Notes: generated from the sequence alone by a model not told the origin. A stretch of 64,000 nucleotides of DNA from an uncultured Prevotellaceae bacterium (GCA_946188345.1 CAMHUI010000005.1:25435-89434); one strand, 5' to 3'; shown: positions 9,666 through 18,681, numbered from the stretch's first letter. Numbers and translations: made by a program.

Positions 9666-9865
9666 ATTGATGCCCCTCCACGCGCTAAATCACACTTTTT
9701 TCTAAATATCTCATCCCTTATTTCTCATTTCTCATTTTATTTCGCGCCTTCGGCTTCGCCCTTCGAAAAAAAACTCATTTTTTTCATAATTTCTCATTCC
9801 TCATTCCTCATTTCTCATTTTATTTCGTACCTTTGCAGTGATTTATAAAAACATATATTGTAGAT

Positions 9866-11809
9866 ATGATTAAAATTACTTTTCCCGACGGCTCTGTTCG
9901 CTCGTATGAGCAGGGCGTCACTGGTTTTCAAATTGCCGAGAGCATCTCGCCGGCTCTCGCCCGCAACATTGTATCTTGCGGAGTGAATGGCGAGACAGTA
10001 GAGTTAAACCGACCCATCAACGAGGACGCCACCATCGCCCTCTACAAGTTCGACGACGATGAGGGTAAGCACACCTTCTGGCACACCTCAGCACACCTGC
10101 TGGCAGAGGCGCTGAAGGAGCTCTACCCAGGCATCCAGTTCGGCTTCGGACCTGCCGTAGAGAATGGTTTCTTCTACGACGTGCTGCTCCCCAACGGTGA
10201 GATGATCAAGGAGAGCGACTTCCCCACCATCGAAGCCAAGATGATGGAGCTGGCCCGCAAGGACGAGCCCGTCGTGCGTCACGAAGTGTCGAAGGCCGAC
10301 GCACTGAAGGAATTCAATGCCGACGGTCAGACCTACAAGTGTGAGCATATTGACCAGGACCTCGAGGATGGCACCATCTCGACATACACACAGGGTAACT
10401 TCACCGACCTCTGCCGCGGTCCGCACCTCGTATCGACAGGTCTCATCAAGGCCGTCAAGCTGACCAATGTGGCTGGAGCCTTCTGGCGCGGCGATGCTGA
10501 GCGCGAACAGATGCAGCGTCTCTACGGCATCTCGTTCCCCAAGAAGAAGATGCTCGACGAATACCTCGTCATGCTTGAGGAAGCCAAGAAGCGCGACCAC
10601 CGCAAGATAGGCAAGGAGATGGAACTCTTCATGTTCTCCGACAAAGTAGGTAAGGGTCTGCCCATCTGGCTGCCCAAAGGCACCGACCTCCGTCTGCGCC
10701 TGCAGGACCACCTGCGCAAGGTGCAGAAGCGTTTCGGCTATCAGGAAGTTATCACACCGCACATCGGCTCGAAGACCCTCTACGTCACCTCGGGTCACTA
10801 CGCCCATTATGGCAAGGACTCCTTCCGACCCATCACCACACCTGAAGAGGGCGAGGAATACATGCTCAAGCCCATGAACTGCCCCCACCACTGCGAGATC
10901 TTCGCCAACAAGCCCCGCTCCTATCGCGACCTGCCCCTGCGCATCGCAGAGTTCGGCACCGTCTACCGCTATGAGCAGTCGGGAGAGCTCCACGGACTGA
11001 CCCGCGTACGTTCGTTCACGCAGGACGACGCCCACCTGTTCTGCCGTCCCGATCAGGTGAAGCAGGAGTTCCTCAATGTCATGGACATCATCAACATCGT
11101 CCTCACCGCCTTCGGATTTAATTTCGAAGCCCAGATTTCCCTGCGCGACCCCAACGACCACGATAAATACGTCGGTACCGACGAAGACTGGGCACTGGCC
11201 GAGAAAGCCATCGTCGAAGCCTGTCAGGAAAAGGGTCTGCCCGCCAAGGTGGAATACGGCGAGGCTGCCTTCTACGGCCCGAAGCTCGACTTCATGATCA
11301 AGGACGCCATCGGACGCCGCTGGCAGCTGGGTACCATTCAGGTTGACTACAACCTGCCGAAGCGTTTCCAACTCGAATACACCGACGAGGACAACCAGAA
11401 GAAGACACCCGTCATGATCCACCGCGCTCCCTTCGGCTCGCTCGAACGCTTCACCGCCGTACTCATCGAGCATACCAGCGGACACTTCCCCCTCTGGCTC
11501 ACACCCGAGCAGGTAGCCATCCTGCCGCTGTCGGAGAAGTATAACGACTACGCCCAGCACGTGGCCAAGGAATTCGACAAGCAAGGCGTCCGCGCCACCA
11601 TCGACCTGCGCAACGAGAAACTCGGTCGTAAAATCCGCGACAACGAGCTGAAGCGCGTGCCCTACATGGTCATCGTGGGCGAGCAGGAAGCAGCCGACGG
11701 CACCGTCTCCATGCGTCAGCAGGGTGGCGGCGAACAGGCCACCATGCCCATCCAGGAGTTCATCGACCGCATCAACAGCCAGGTCGCCGAGATGACGAAA
11801 GACTTTTAA
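9866..11809 (+). CDS. thrS: Threonine--tRNA ligase
   Basis: TGS N-terminus, DLCRGPH editing motif, [28 protein letters not shown]; promoter TAccTTTG at 9828. Confidence 0.99.
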   Translation: MIKITFPDGSVRSYEQGVTGFQIAESISPALARNIVSCGVNGETVELNRPINEDATIALYKFDDDEGKHTFWHTSAHLLAEALKELYPGIQFGFGPAVENGFFYDVLLPNGEMIKESDFPTIEAKMMELARKDEPVVRHEVSKADALKEFNADGQTYKCEHIDQDLEDGTISTYTQGNFTDLCRGPHLVSTGLIKAVKLTNVAGAFWRGDAEREQMQRLYGISFPKKKMLDEYLVMLEEAKKRDHRKIGKEMELFMFSDKVGKGLPIWLPKGTDLRLRLQDHLRKVQKRFGYQEVITPHIGSKTLYVTSGHYAHYGKDSFRPITTPEEGEEYMLKPMNCPHHCEIFANKPRSYRDLPLRIAEFGTVYRYEQSGELHGLTRVRSFTQDDAHLFCRPDQVKQEFLNVMDIINIVLTAFGFNFEAQISLRDPNDHDKYVGTDEDWALAEKAIVEACQEKGLPAKVEYGEAAFYGPKLDFMIKDAIGRRWQLGTIQVDYNLPKRFQLEYTDEDNQKKTPVMIHRAPFGSLERFTAVLIEHTSGHFPLWLTPEQVAILPLSEKYNDYAQHVAKEFDKQGVRATIDLRNEKLGRKIRDNELKRVPYMVIVGEQEAADGTVSMRQQGGGEQATMPIQEFIDRINSQVAEMTKDF

Positions 11810-11821
11810 AAATTAAAACAT

Positions 11822-11870
11822 AAAAAAGGCTGGGACCTTTCCATAATTAGGAAAAGCCCCAGCTTTTTAT
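11822..11870. terminator. Bidirectional terminator after thrS
   Basis: AAAAAAGGCTGGG...CCCCAGCTTTTTT. Confidence 0.7.
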
Positions 11871-11889
11871 TCCCCCATAAGCACCCCCG

Positions 11890-12456
11890 CTACCAGCTCC
11901 AGATAGAGCCGTTCGGGTTGTTGCTACGCTGCTGCGTACTACGGTTTCCAAAGTAGTCGGTAGACGACGTGGACGTTCCCTCCGTCTGACCATACCTGTT
12001 ACGGTAAGTTGTCGTTGAATTGCCGAAACAATCCGTCGAAGTCGTCGATGAGCCGATGCTGCCGCCATACTGGTCGTAATAGTTCGTCGTCGTGCCACCA
12101 CCATAGTTTTCCCTCGTCGTCGACGAGCCGATGCTGCCACCATACTGGTCGTAATAGTTCGTCGTCGTGCCACCACCATAGTTGGAACGTGTCGTGGCAC
12201 TGCCCGTACTGCCACCATACTGGTCATAGTAGTTCGTCGTCGTTCCGCCACCATAGTTGGAACGTGTCGTGGCGCTACCTGCACTGCCGCCATATTGGTC
12301 ATAATAGTTGGTAGTGTAGCCGCCGCCATAGTTCGAACGAGTCGTCGACGAGCCGATGCTGCCGCCATACTGGTCGTAATAGCGGGTGCTGTACTGCGCA
12401 TTTGCTGAGATGGCGAAGAGGACAGCCATCAGTGTCATCATAATCTTTTTCATCAT
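11890..12456 (-). CDS. Secreted protein made of 25-aa G/S/T/Y-rich repeats (function unknown)
   Basis: Signal peptide ANA-Q; about 5 copies of YYDQYGGSxGSxTTRxNYGGGxTTN (75-bp DNA period) plus a degenerate copy. Confidence 0.85.
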   Translation of the reverse strand: MMKKIMMTLMAVLFAISANAQYSTRYYDQYGGSIGSSTTRSNYGGGYTTNYYDQYGGSAGSATTRSNYGGGTTTNYYDQYGGSTGSATTRSNYGGGTTTNYYDQYGGSIGSSTTRENYGGGTTTNYYDQYGGSIGSSTTSTDCFGNSTTTYRNRYGQTEGTSTSSTDYFGNRSTQQRSNNPNGSIWSW

Positions 12457-12474
12457 TTCAGAGTTATTTTAAGT

Positions 12475-12921
12475 TCATTTACGTTTCATCTTCTCTTTCA
12501 ATTCAGCCAACGCCTCGGCCGCATATCTGCTGCCATACCTCACACCTTTCCTATAGTCCTTTTTGGCAGCATTCAACATGCCAAGTTCCTCATAGGCATA
12601 TCCTCGGATATAGTACAGTTCACCATCGTAATACTTCGTATCCAATGCATGCCCCACATAGCTGACGACATCCCACCACTGCCTGTCATGGAATGCCTCA
12701 AAGGCCTTGTCTGCGAAGAACTCGTAATTCTCCTTCCTCCTTGACGCTGTTTCAGCGAGCGCCCGCACATAGGCATTCATCGCCCCGCTGTCATACAGTT
12801 CCGTCGTAGGGAATATCACCGGGCCATCATACTGCGCCCAACTCTTCATACTCGCCATGCACGCCATGGCCATCATCAGCACACACTTCTTCTTAATTCC
12901 TTTTTTCATAGTTCCATTCAT
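12475..12921 (-). CDS. Secreted short TPR-like protein
   Basis: Signal peptide SWA-Q; YYIRGYAYEELGMLNAAKKDYRKG is a TPR-type motif. Start may be at MKKGI. Confidence 0.75.
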   Translation of the reverse strand: MNGTMKKGIKKKCVLMMAMACMASMKSWAQYDGPVIFPTTELYDSGAMNAYVRALAETASRRKENYEFFADKAFEAFHDRQWWDVVSYVGHALDTKYYDGELYYIRGYAYEELGMLNAAKKDYRKGVRYGSRYAAEALAELKEKMKRK

Positions 12922-13016
12922 TTTTCTTGATTACTTTTTCTTGATTTCTTTTCCATTATTTATAATAATTCCTTCTTTCTTCTCGTCCCATCCTTTTCGT
13001 TTATCCCTCTCGGCCG

Positions 13017-13075
13017 CAAAGTTACCTCCATTTCCCCACTCCGACAAACAAAAACAAATCACAAGCCTTGTGAAA
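13017..13075 (-). promoter_or_regulatory. Leftward promoter (TTTG-N20-TAacTTTG) with upstream palindromic box TTTCACAAGGCTTGTG
   Basis: Box 13060-13075, -33 element 13045-13048, -7 element 13017-13024; same layout as 15928-15986. Confidence 0.75.
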
Positions 13076-13150
13076 CCCACATTTTCCCTCAAAAGTTTTC
13101 ATTATTCCAATAATCTTTGTATTTTTGCACAAACAATACCACATAAACTT

Positions 13151-13303
13151 ATGAGCTACCCACTGATATCAGAATACATTGAGGCTATTTTGGCGGCTGA
13201 GAACAACTTCGAGGAGTTGAACTATCTTCGCCCTGTTTTGGATGAAAAAGGACAGCCCGTAATGACGAGCGGCAACTTTGCCGGCGCTTTTAAAAAAGTA
13301 TAA
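13151..13303 (+). pseudogene. Truncated N-terminus of a Bacteroidales kinase-like protein
   Basis: MSYPLISEYIEAILAAENNFEELNYLRPVLDEKGQPVMTSGNFA resembles the start of Prevotella kinase-domain proteins (SGNFA loop) but stops at 50 aa; promoter TAttTTTG at 13120. Confidence 0.65.
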
Positions 13304-13467
13304 TCGTAATGGGGAACTGGCCCTTGAAGAAGGGGAAGAAACAAAAATGATGTGGGATTTTCCAATCAGCATGAGTCAGGAAGATATGCTGACCGTTATT
13401 AAAAAGAAAGCTGATGAGTGGAATATATATTGCATTTTTAAATAATTAAGCGTACGCCTTGTAAAAT

Positions 13468-14079
13468 ATGTTTTTAATCGTTTTACCTATGAATACAAAA
13501 GATAAAGAGAAAAGGTCCTTTTTGAGCGATATTATTGGCTCAAACAACTATAATAAGATAACTGAGACTTGGAAATGGCCTATTGCTATTTATTCAGTAT
13601 CGGCATTGGTTCTCTATGGTCTTACCACAATTTGCTATTCACAAGTTGTCAGCTATCTATTTTCCTTATTGGTAGGTTTTAACTTGTTCTTCATCGTTTT
13701 TCTTTTTGGATTGACTGTTTGCCTTGATATTCAAGTATCAGGAAAAGGTTTTGAAAAAAGGGATGGAGCGAAACCATCTTTTATGTATATATGTACCATA
13801 TTATGGCTAGTCATTCTGTTATTTGTAGGAGTGTTTGCCATATGGAAAACCGAGAAGATGCGGAAGGACTATGCCTTCCAATGTAAAACGGTTTATGTTG
13901 ACCAAGCAAATAAAATTCTACATTTATATGATTTCTGTGAAAGTATTGATTGGGACCATGTTGAAAAGGTAAAAGTCCACACAATTAATCATAACAATTA
14001 CTCTAGATGTGAGGAATGTATAGAATGGACTTACGAAATGCATGATGCGGCTCGCGACCTATATTTACGACATGAATAA
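13468..14079 (+). CDS. Hypothetical membrane protein (3 TM) with C-terminal His/Cys cluster
   Basis: Three hydrophobic segments; LHLYDFC...SRCEEC. Confidence 0.7.
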   Translation: MFLIVLPMNTKDKEKRSFLSDIIGSNNYNKITETWKWPIAIYSVSALVLYGLTTICYSQVVSYLFSLLVGFNLFFIVFLFGLTVCLDIQVSGKGFEKRDGAKPSFMYICTILWLVILLFVGVFAIWKTEKMRKDYAFQCKTVYVDQANKILHLYDFCESIDWDHVEKVKVHTINHNNYSRCEECIEWTYEMHDAARDLYLRHE

Positions 14080-14404
14080 TGATATAATAAAAATGAGAGG
14101 TATAAACTTTATTCTGGCTTTCCTCTTGGTTCTCTGCCTTGCTCCGATGCCTTACGGTTATTATCAGTTGGTGAGATTCGTGGCGATGGTGGTCTTTGGA
14201 GTTATGGCTTACCATTATTTCGAAAAGAAGCAGGAGGCATGGGCTGTAACGTTCGGGGCCTTGGCTCTTCTTTTTCAACCTTTTGTAAAGGTGACGCTGG
14301 GTCGCACACTATGGAATATTGTAGATGTTGCCGTCGCCATATTACTCATTATCGTATGCTCGTCAAAAGAAGATAACACTAACACAACAGGTAATTTGAA
14401 ATGA
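14072..14404 (+). CDS. DUF6804-family small membrane protein
   Basis: CLAPMPYGYYQLVRF, ALLFQPF and WNIVDV motifs; start uncertain (14072 or 14093). Confidence 0.75.
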   Translation: MNNDIIKMRGINFILAFLLVLCLAPMPYGYYQLVRFVAMVVFGVMAYHYFEKKQEAWAVTFGALALLFQPFVKVTLGRTLWNIVDVAVAILLIIVCSSKEDNTNTTGNLK

Positions 14405-15906
14405 AGATACTTATAGGCATACTCATCGTTCTATACGTTTTACTCTTGTTATTCCTGATTGTATTTGGCATTAATGAGGCTATACAGGAGAGAAAAAAGA
14501 AAGAATTCAGGGAGTGTTTGGCTGACAGTCTTCTGTTCTGGCTGCTGCTCCCCCTTTTACCGATACTCATTCCTATCGCTATGCTCATTTCGCCGATTAC
14601 ATCAAAGATTTCCGAAATAAGACGACATGGCGGCATCAAGGGCTATCGGAAATGGAAAGATGATCTGAAACAGGAGGAAATAGAGCGCCAAAGAAAAAAG
14701 GAGGAAGAGAAGAGGCTGACACAACTCTACACCACGGGGGCCATCAGCCGGCTGGACCTTCCCAAAAAGGAGAATGGCATCAATAAGTTTGAATTTGACG
14801 AATCGTTAGGCCTGAGCGTTGACTATGAAGCTGAGGTACGACAGATTATATATGTGGAGCGTGATTATAACGAGCGACTGAACCGCTTCTTCCTTGAACA
14901 CCCGGACCTGCGCCTCTACCACATGTACAAGTTCTTATATCTGCCCCGACTGGGCAATGACCTGGAGGATGCTCTCCACTATTCTTTTCCTGGTGCATCG
15001 ATGGAGGGTATCGCCATCCCGACGATTGACTCCACCTACCCCATCGACTATCTGGTCTATCAAGAAGATGCTGCCAATATCAAGCATGGCATGTTCTTCT
15101 TCGTCAACGGAAAGGAAAACTGCGGGGCCAAATACACCCAAGGACAATACTATCCCTTGGAGGAAGGAAGCGACGAGGAGATTATCCAACAATTACACAC
15201 CATCGTCCGCGCTGTTCATAGCCAAAATGGTAACTTCTACAGCGGAGGGGTCTATTGCACTGAGAAGAAGCCCGACATCCCCGAAGGGACAACCGAGAAT
15301 TACGCCGACCAAATGTATGATTGGGAGTTCTTTAATGAGCAAAGTCTTTTTGCGCCGCAGCTGCCCGATGACAACGGGCAAGGAGACGGTGCCCGTCCTT
15401 CCGAAGATGAGATTAAGGAACTGGTAAATGGCATCAAACAGCGGCTGCAAAAACTCAATGAATTAGGAGTGGAAAAAAGTTTCCTCATGAAACTGCTACA
15501 GCCCAAGACTCGTTTCAGCCGTCTCGTCGTCACCAAGGATTATAAGATTCTCCTTCCTGACTATCACAATATGGAGATACACATGGAACCGCTGGTGAAG
15601 GCGGTATACCTGCTGTTCCTACGGCATCCAGAGGGGATTCTGTTCAAACATCTGCCTGACTACCGAAAAGAACTGACCGGCATCTATGTCAAACTGAAGC
15701 CGTACGGAATGAACGAGAGGGTTCTGAAGAGCATCGAGGATGTGACGAATCCCACGCTGAACTCCATCAACGAGAAGTGTGCCCGTATCAGAGGGGCTTT
15801 CATTTCCCGGTTTGAAGAGGATTTGGCTCAACACTATTACATTTTTGGTTTCCGTGGCGATCCCAAGAAGATTAAGTTGGACCGCAGCCTGGTGGTATGG
15901 GAATAA
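14401..15906 (+). CDS. Membrane-anchored protein with C-terminal winged-helix-like domain (putative regulator)
   Basis: Two N-terminal TM helices and a coiled coil; the C-terminal EIHMEPLVKAVYLLFLRHPEGI...SINEKCARIRGAF has OmpR-type wHTH spacing. Confidence 0.65.
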   Translation: MKILIGILIVLYVLLLLFLIVFGINEAIQERKKKEFRECLADSLLFWLLLPLLPILIPIAMLISPITSKISEIRRHGGIKGYRKWKDDLKQEEIERQRKKEEEKRLTQLYTTGAISRLDLPKKENGINKFEFDESLGLSVDYEAEVRQIIYVERDYNERLNRFFLEHPDLRLYHMYKFLYLPRLGNDLEDALHYSFPGASMEGIAIPTIDSTYPIDYLVYQEDAANIKHGMFFFVNGKENCGAKYTQGQYYPLEEGSDEEIIQQLHTIVRAVHSQNGNFYSGGVYCTEKKPDIPEGTTENYADQMYDWEFFNEQSLFAPQLPDDNGQGDGARPSEDEIKELVNGIKQRLQKLNELGVEKSFLMKLLQPKTRFSRLVVTKDYKILLPDYHNMEIHMEPLVKAVYLLFLRHPEGILFKHLPDYRKELTGIYVKLKPYGMNERVLKSIEDVTNPTLNSINEKCARIRGAFISRFEEDLAQHYYIFGFRGDPKKIKLDRSLVVWE

Positions 15907-15927
15907 AGGCCGGAAATAAAATTGCAT

Positions 15928-15986
15928 TTTCACAAGGCTTGTGGAGGAAAATGATTTGGTTGCAAAGAGGGAATCGCCTATCTTTG
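15928..15986 (+). promoter_or_regulatory. Rightward promoter (TTTG-N20-TAtcTTTG) with upstream palindromic box TTTCACAAGGCTTGTG
   Basis: Box 15928-15943, -33 element 15955-15958, -7 element 15979-15986. Confidence 0.75.
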
Positions 15987-16062
15987 CAACCAAATTCTTT
16001 ATAATGTTCCCTGACTCCCCTATCATATAGTCAGGGAATAAAAAACAACATGCGTATATTTT

Positions 16063-16968
16063 ATGGAAGGTATGAAACACATCAGTGAATTGATTGAAGG
16101 GGCGAGGGATGCCGATAATATGGTTTATAAGACAGGGTTTGACTTCCTTGACAAAAGGATTGGCGGTTATCGCAAGGATGAGCTGACTATTGTCATGGGA
16201 GGCATCAATAGTGGAAAGTCGGCATTTATCATTACTCAGCTGAACCGGTTTGCCGTAGATCAGGAGATTCCGACTCTGTTTGTCTATAATAACATGAAAG
16301 AAAGGGATTTCATCGCTTCGATGGCTGCCTACTATTGTTCCATCAGGACTAACAACATCTTGTCTGTTTTGAAGAAAGGCTATGAATATCAAAAGGAGGT
16401 TGAGGCCTATCTGCAAAAGCTAAACAACGCACCGCTTTATGTCCTTGAGTGTGGGGACAATAAGGATAAAGCACTTTTAAGCGAGATTGAAATGTTTGTC
16501 AAGGAGAAAGGCGTCAAGGTTGTTTTCTTGGACGAGATGCCGACAGTGATTAATGGTGACTTCCGCTTGTTGCCCCTGCAGGAACTGGCACGAAGGCTGC
16601 ACATCCCCATCGTGGCTACGCTCACCACGTTTACTTTGCGCGATAGCATAGGCTTTATGCCGACACTGAACGATTTGGCACAATACCATGGATTTCATGA
16701 GGTTGACGTGGTCATCGGCTTGACAGCCTATGATAATTACAATGCCTACGACTTCAATGAACAAAATGATATGGCTGGCGACATTTCAGTCCACATATTG
16801 AAAATCAGAGGGGTTCATAACAAACGTATATTTCTTATAAAGAAAGCCAGACTTCTGTGTCGAAGCTATCCGAAGGAGGATGCCATGCTAAAGAGGCTAC
16901 AGAACGAGAACCATTCCATCACGAATCTTATCGACTTGTTGGAATTAAAAACTGTTGAGGAAGATTAG
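16063..16968 (+). CDS. DnaB-like helicase C-terminal (RecA-fold) domain protein, degenerate
   Basis: TGFDFLDKRIGG, Walker A GGINSGKS, Walker B VVFLD, LARRLHIPIV; no DnaB N-terminal domain. Confidence 0.8.
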   Translation: MEGMKHISELIEGARDADNMVYKTGFDFLDKRIGGYRKDELTIVMGGINSGKSAFIITQLNRFAVDQEIPTLFVYNNMKERDFIASMAAYYCSIRTNNILSVLKKGYEYQKEVEAYLQKLNNAPLYVLECGDNKDKALLSEIEMFVKEKGVKVVFLDEMPTVINGDFRLLPLQELARRLHIPIVATLTTFTLRDSIGFMPTLNDLAQYHGFHEVDVVIGLTAYDNYNAYDFNEQNDMAGDISVHILKIRGVHNKRIFLIKKARLLCRSYPKEDAMLKRLQNENHSITNLIDLLELKTVEED

Positions 16969-16989
16969 TTCAAAGTCATATATAGGGCA

Positions 16990-17865
16990 TCAGTCCTCCT
17001 GCTCGTAATAGTAGGAGTAGTCGATGCCCTTCATGAAGATTTCGCGGTCGTCAATTCTATCGGTCAGGACTGACTCCAGAAGGCTTTTGATTTTTGTGTT
17101 GTCCATCTGACTCTCCACCATCGCACTGAGATAATCGCGTTTATTGATTTTGCTCCAGTCGACGCATTTGCCTAACCGTTTCTTGAAAATCAGGTCAAGC
17201 CAGATGCGTGTTGAACGGCCGTTACCTTCCATGAAAGGGTGCGCCACGTTCATCTCAACATATTTATCAACTATCTCATCGAATGACGTCTCAGGCATCA
17301 GCTCAATGGTCTTCAGATTCTGATGCAGGTATTCAGCCAGACAGAAGATGGTATTGCCTTTCGAAATCGTCTTCGTGCGTATTTTCCCTGCGAAGTCGTA
17401 GAGTCCGCCAAACAGATAGGCATGAATCTGCTGGAGGCATTTCACTGTCCCCGGCTTCATGCTGTCGAGCAATCCACTCTCTATAAGTGTGTAAGCCTTC
17501 TTTTTACTTTGCCCATCAATGGTGTTATCGCTATATACGAACCAGTCGAGGAAGTCGCTAGCTCGATTATTCGGATAGTGCTTGGCCAATGTCTGCACGC
17601 CTTCCGCATCGAGGGCATCAGCCGCACGCTGCTTGCCGTCTGGAGCCTCGAATTTGAAGTGGTTAGTGGTACTAACCAGTTGAACGTTTTCTTTAGCAAG
17701 TTTGCCTTTCAGGTATTTCCAATAGTTACGACATTTCTTGTAATCATCTTCATCATTGATGGCTCGTACGATGTCAGTAGCCGAGAACCACCACTTGCTG
17801 TGTTCCTCGTCCCAAACGGCACGGACCTCTCTGTCGTTGAAGAAACGGATTGACTTCTTGCTCAT
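16990..17865 (-). CDS. fic: Fic-family adenylyltransferase (NmFic-like class III) with N-terminal BRO-like domain
   Basis: HPFMEGNGRSTR Fic motif; C-terminal GIDYSYYYE; N-terminal VRAVWDEE..KWWFS..RNYWK..APDGK. Confidence 0.9.
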   Translation of the reverse strand: MSKKSIRFFNDREVRAVWDEEHSKWWFSATDIVRAINDEDDYKKCRNYWKYLKGKLAKENVQLVSTTNHFKFEAPDGKQRAADALDAEGVQTLAKHYPNNRASDFLDWFVYSDNTIDGQSKKKAYTLIESGLLDSMKPGTVKCLQQIHAYLFGGLYDFAGKIRTKTISKGNTIFCLAEYLHQNLKTIELMPETSFDEIVDKYVEMNVAHPFMEGNGRSTRIWLDLIFKKRLGKCVDWSKINKRDYLSAMVESQMDNTKIKSLLESVLTDRIDDREIFMKGIDYSYYYEQED

Positions 17866-17898
17866 AACGTTATCTTTCAGGAAACCTTTATTTCAGAC

Positions 17899-18681
17899 TC
17901 ACACTTCTACCACCTGGCCGTCGTAAGCGAGCTGGATGTCGAAAGGCAGCTGTGCGTTGACTTCTGCATGACGGCCGATGTCGTGACAGCTGTGGATGAG
18001 AAGGGTACGCGGTGCTCCCACCCGACGGACGAAGTCGATGGCATCGGGAACGAGCTGATGGGAATAGTGCTCTTTGCCAAAGCGCAGGGCATTGACGACG
18101 AGGAGTGATGGCTGCGACTGGCTTACGTATTGCAGTTCGGTCTCGTCGATGGTTTTCATGTCGGTGATGTAGACCAGTGTCCGTCCGCCTTGCTCTTCGA
18201 TGCGATAGGCGGTGATAGGCAGTTTTCCGTGCCACACGGTGAAGGGTGTGACGGTGAACTCATTGACCTGGATGGGCTCATGAGGCGTGATAGTGTGCAG
18301 CTGAATGGCTGGCACACCGGGATAGCGGTTCTCTGCGAAGCAATAAGGCACCGTCTTCATCAGCCCGTCGGCGGTTATCTGGTCGGCATAGATATTGATT
18401 TTCCCGAACTGGCAGAATGGTCGCAAGTCGTCTATGCCTCCCACGTGGTCATAGTGTATATGGGTGAGCAGCACGGCATCAATCTTGCGGAAGGGCTGGC
18501 TAAGCATCTGCTGACGGAAGTCAGGCCCCACATCGATGAGCAGTCGGGTGCGGTTGCTTTCGACGAGTGCCGAGCAGCGCAGCCGCTTGTCGTGCGGGTC
18601 GGTGCTGGTGCAGGTATAGCAGTTACAGCCGATGGCCGGCACGCCGACGGATGTTCCTGTTCCGAGGAATGTTATCTTCAT
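17899..18681 (-). CDS. MBL-fold metallo-hydrolase (PhnP-like)
   Basis: LGTGTSVGVP, CxCxxC, THIHYDH. Confidence 0.9.
   Translation of the reverse strand: MKITFLGTGTSVGVPAIGCNCYTCTSTDPHDKRLRCSALVESNRTRLLIDVGPDFRQQMLSQPFRKIDAVLLTHIHYDHVGGIDDLRPFCQFGKINIYADQITADGLMKTVPYCFAENRYPGVPAIQLHTITPHEPIQVNEFTVTPFTVWHGKLPITAYRIEEQGGRTLVYITDMKTIDETELQYVSQSQPSLLVVNALRFGKEHYSHQLVPDAIDFVRRVGAPRTLLIHSCHDIGRHAEVNAQLPFDIQLAYDGQVVEV

Noticed and set aside
10088-11584. Long antisense ORFs (also 1281-2282, 37780-39438, 40673-42316, 53113-54717 and others)
   Set aside because: Shadow frames opposite well-supported genes, caused by GC-rich codon bias.
11847-12401. Alternative-frame repeat ORF (184 aa)
   Set aside because: By-product of the 75-bp repeat; the 11890-12456 frame has the signal peptide and the synonymous variation.
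13060-15943. Invertible segment bounded by 16-bp inverted repeats
   Set aside because: Not favoured: no recombinase is in the window, both associated promoters lie outside the segment, and the identical spacing to the -33/-7 elements fits an operator better. Not fully excluded.
16063-16968. Replicative dnaB or prophage replication module
   Set aside because: No N-terminal domain, degenerate motifs, and no primase, initiator or integrase nearby.
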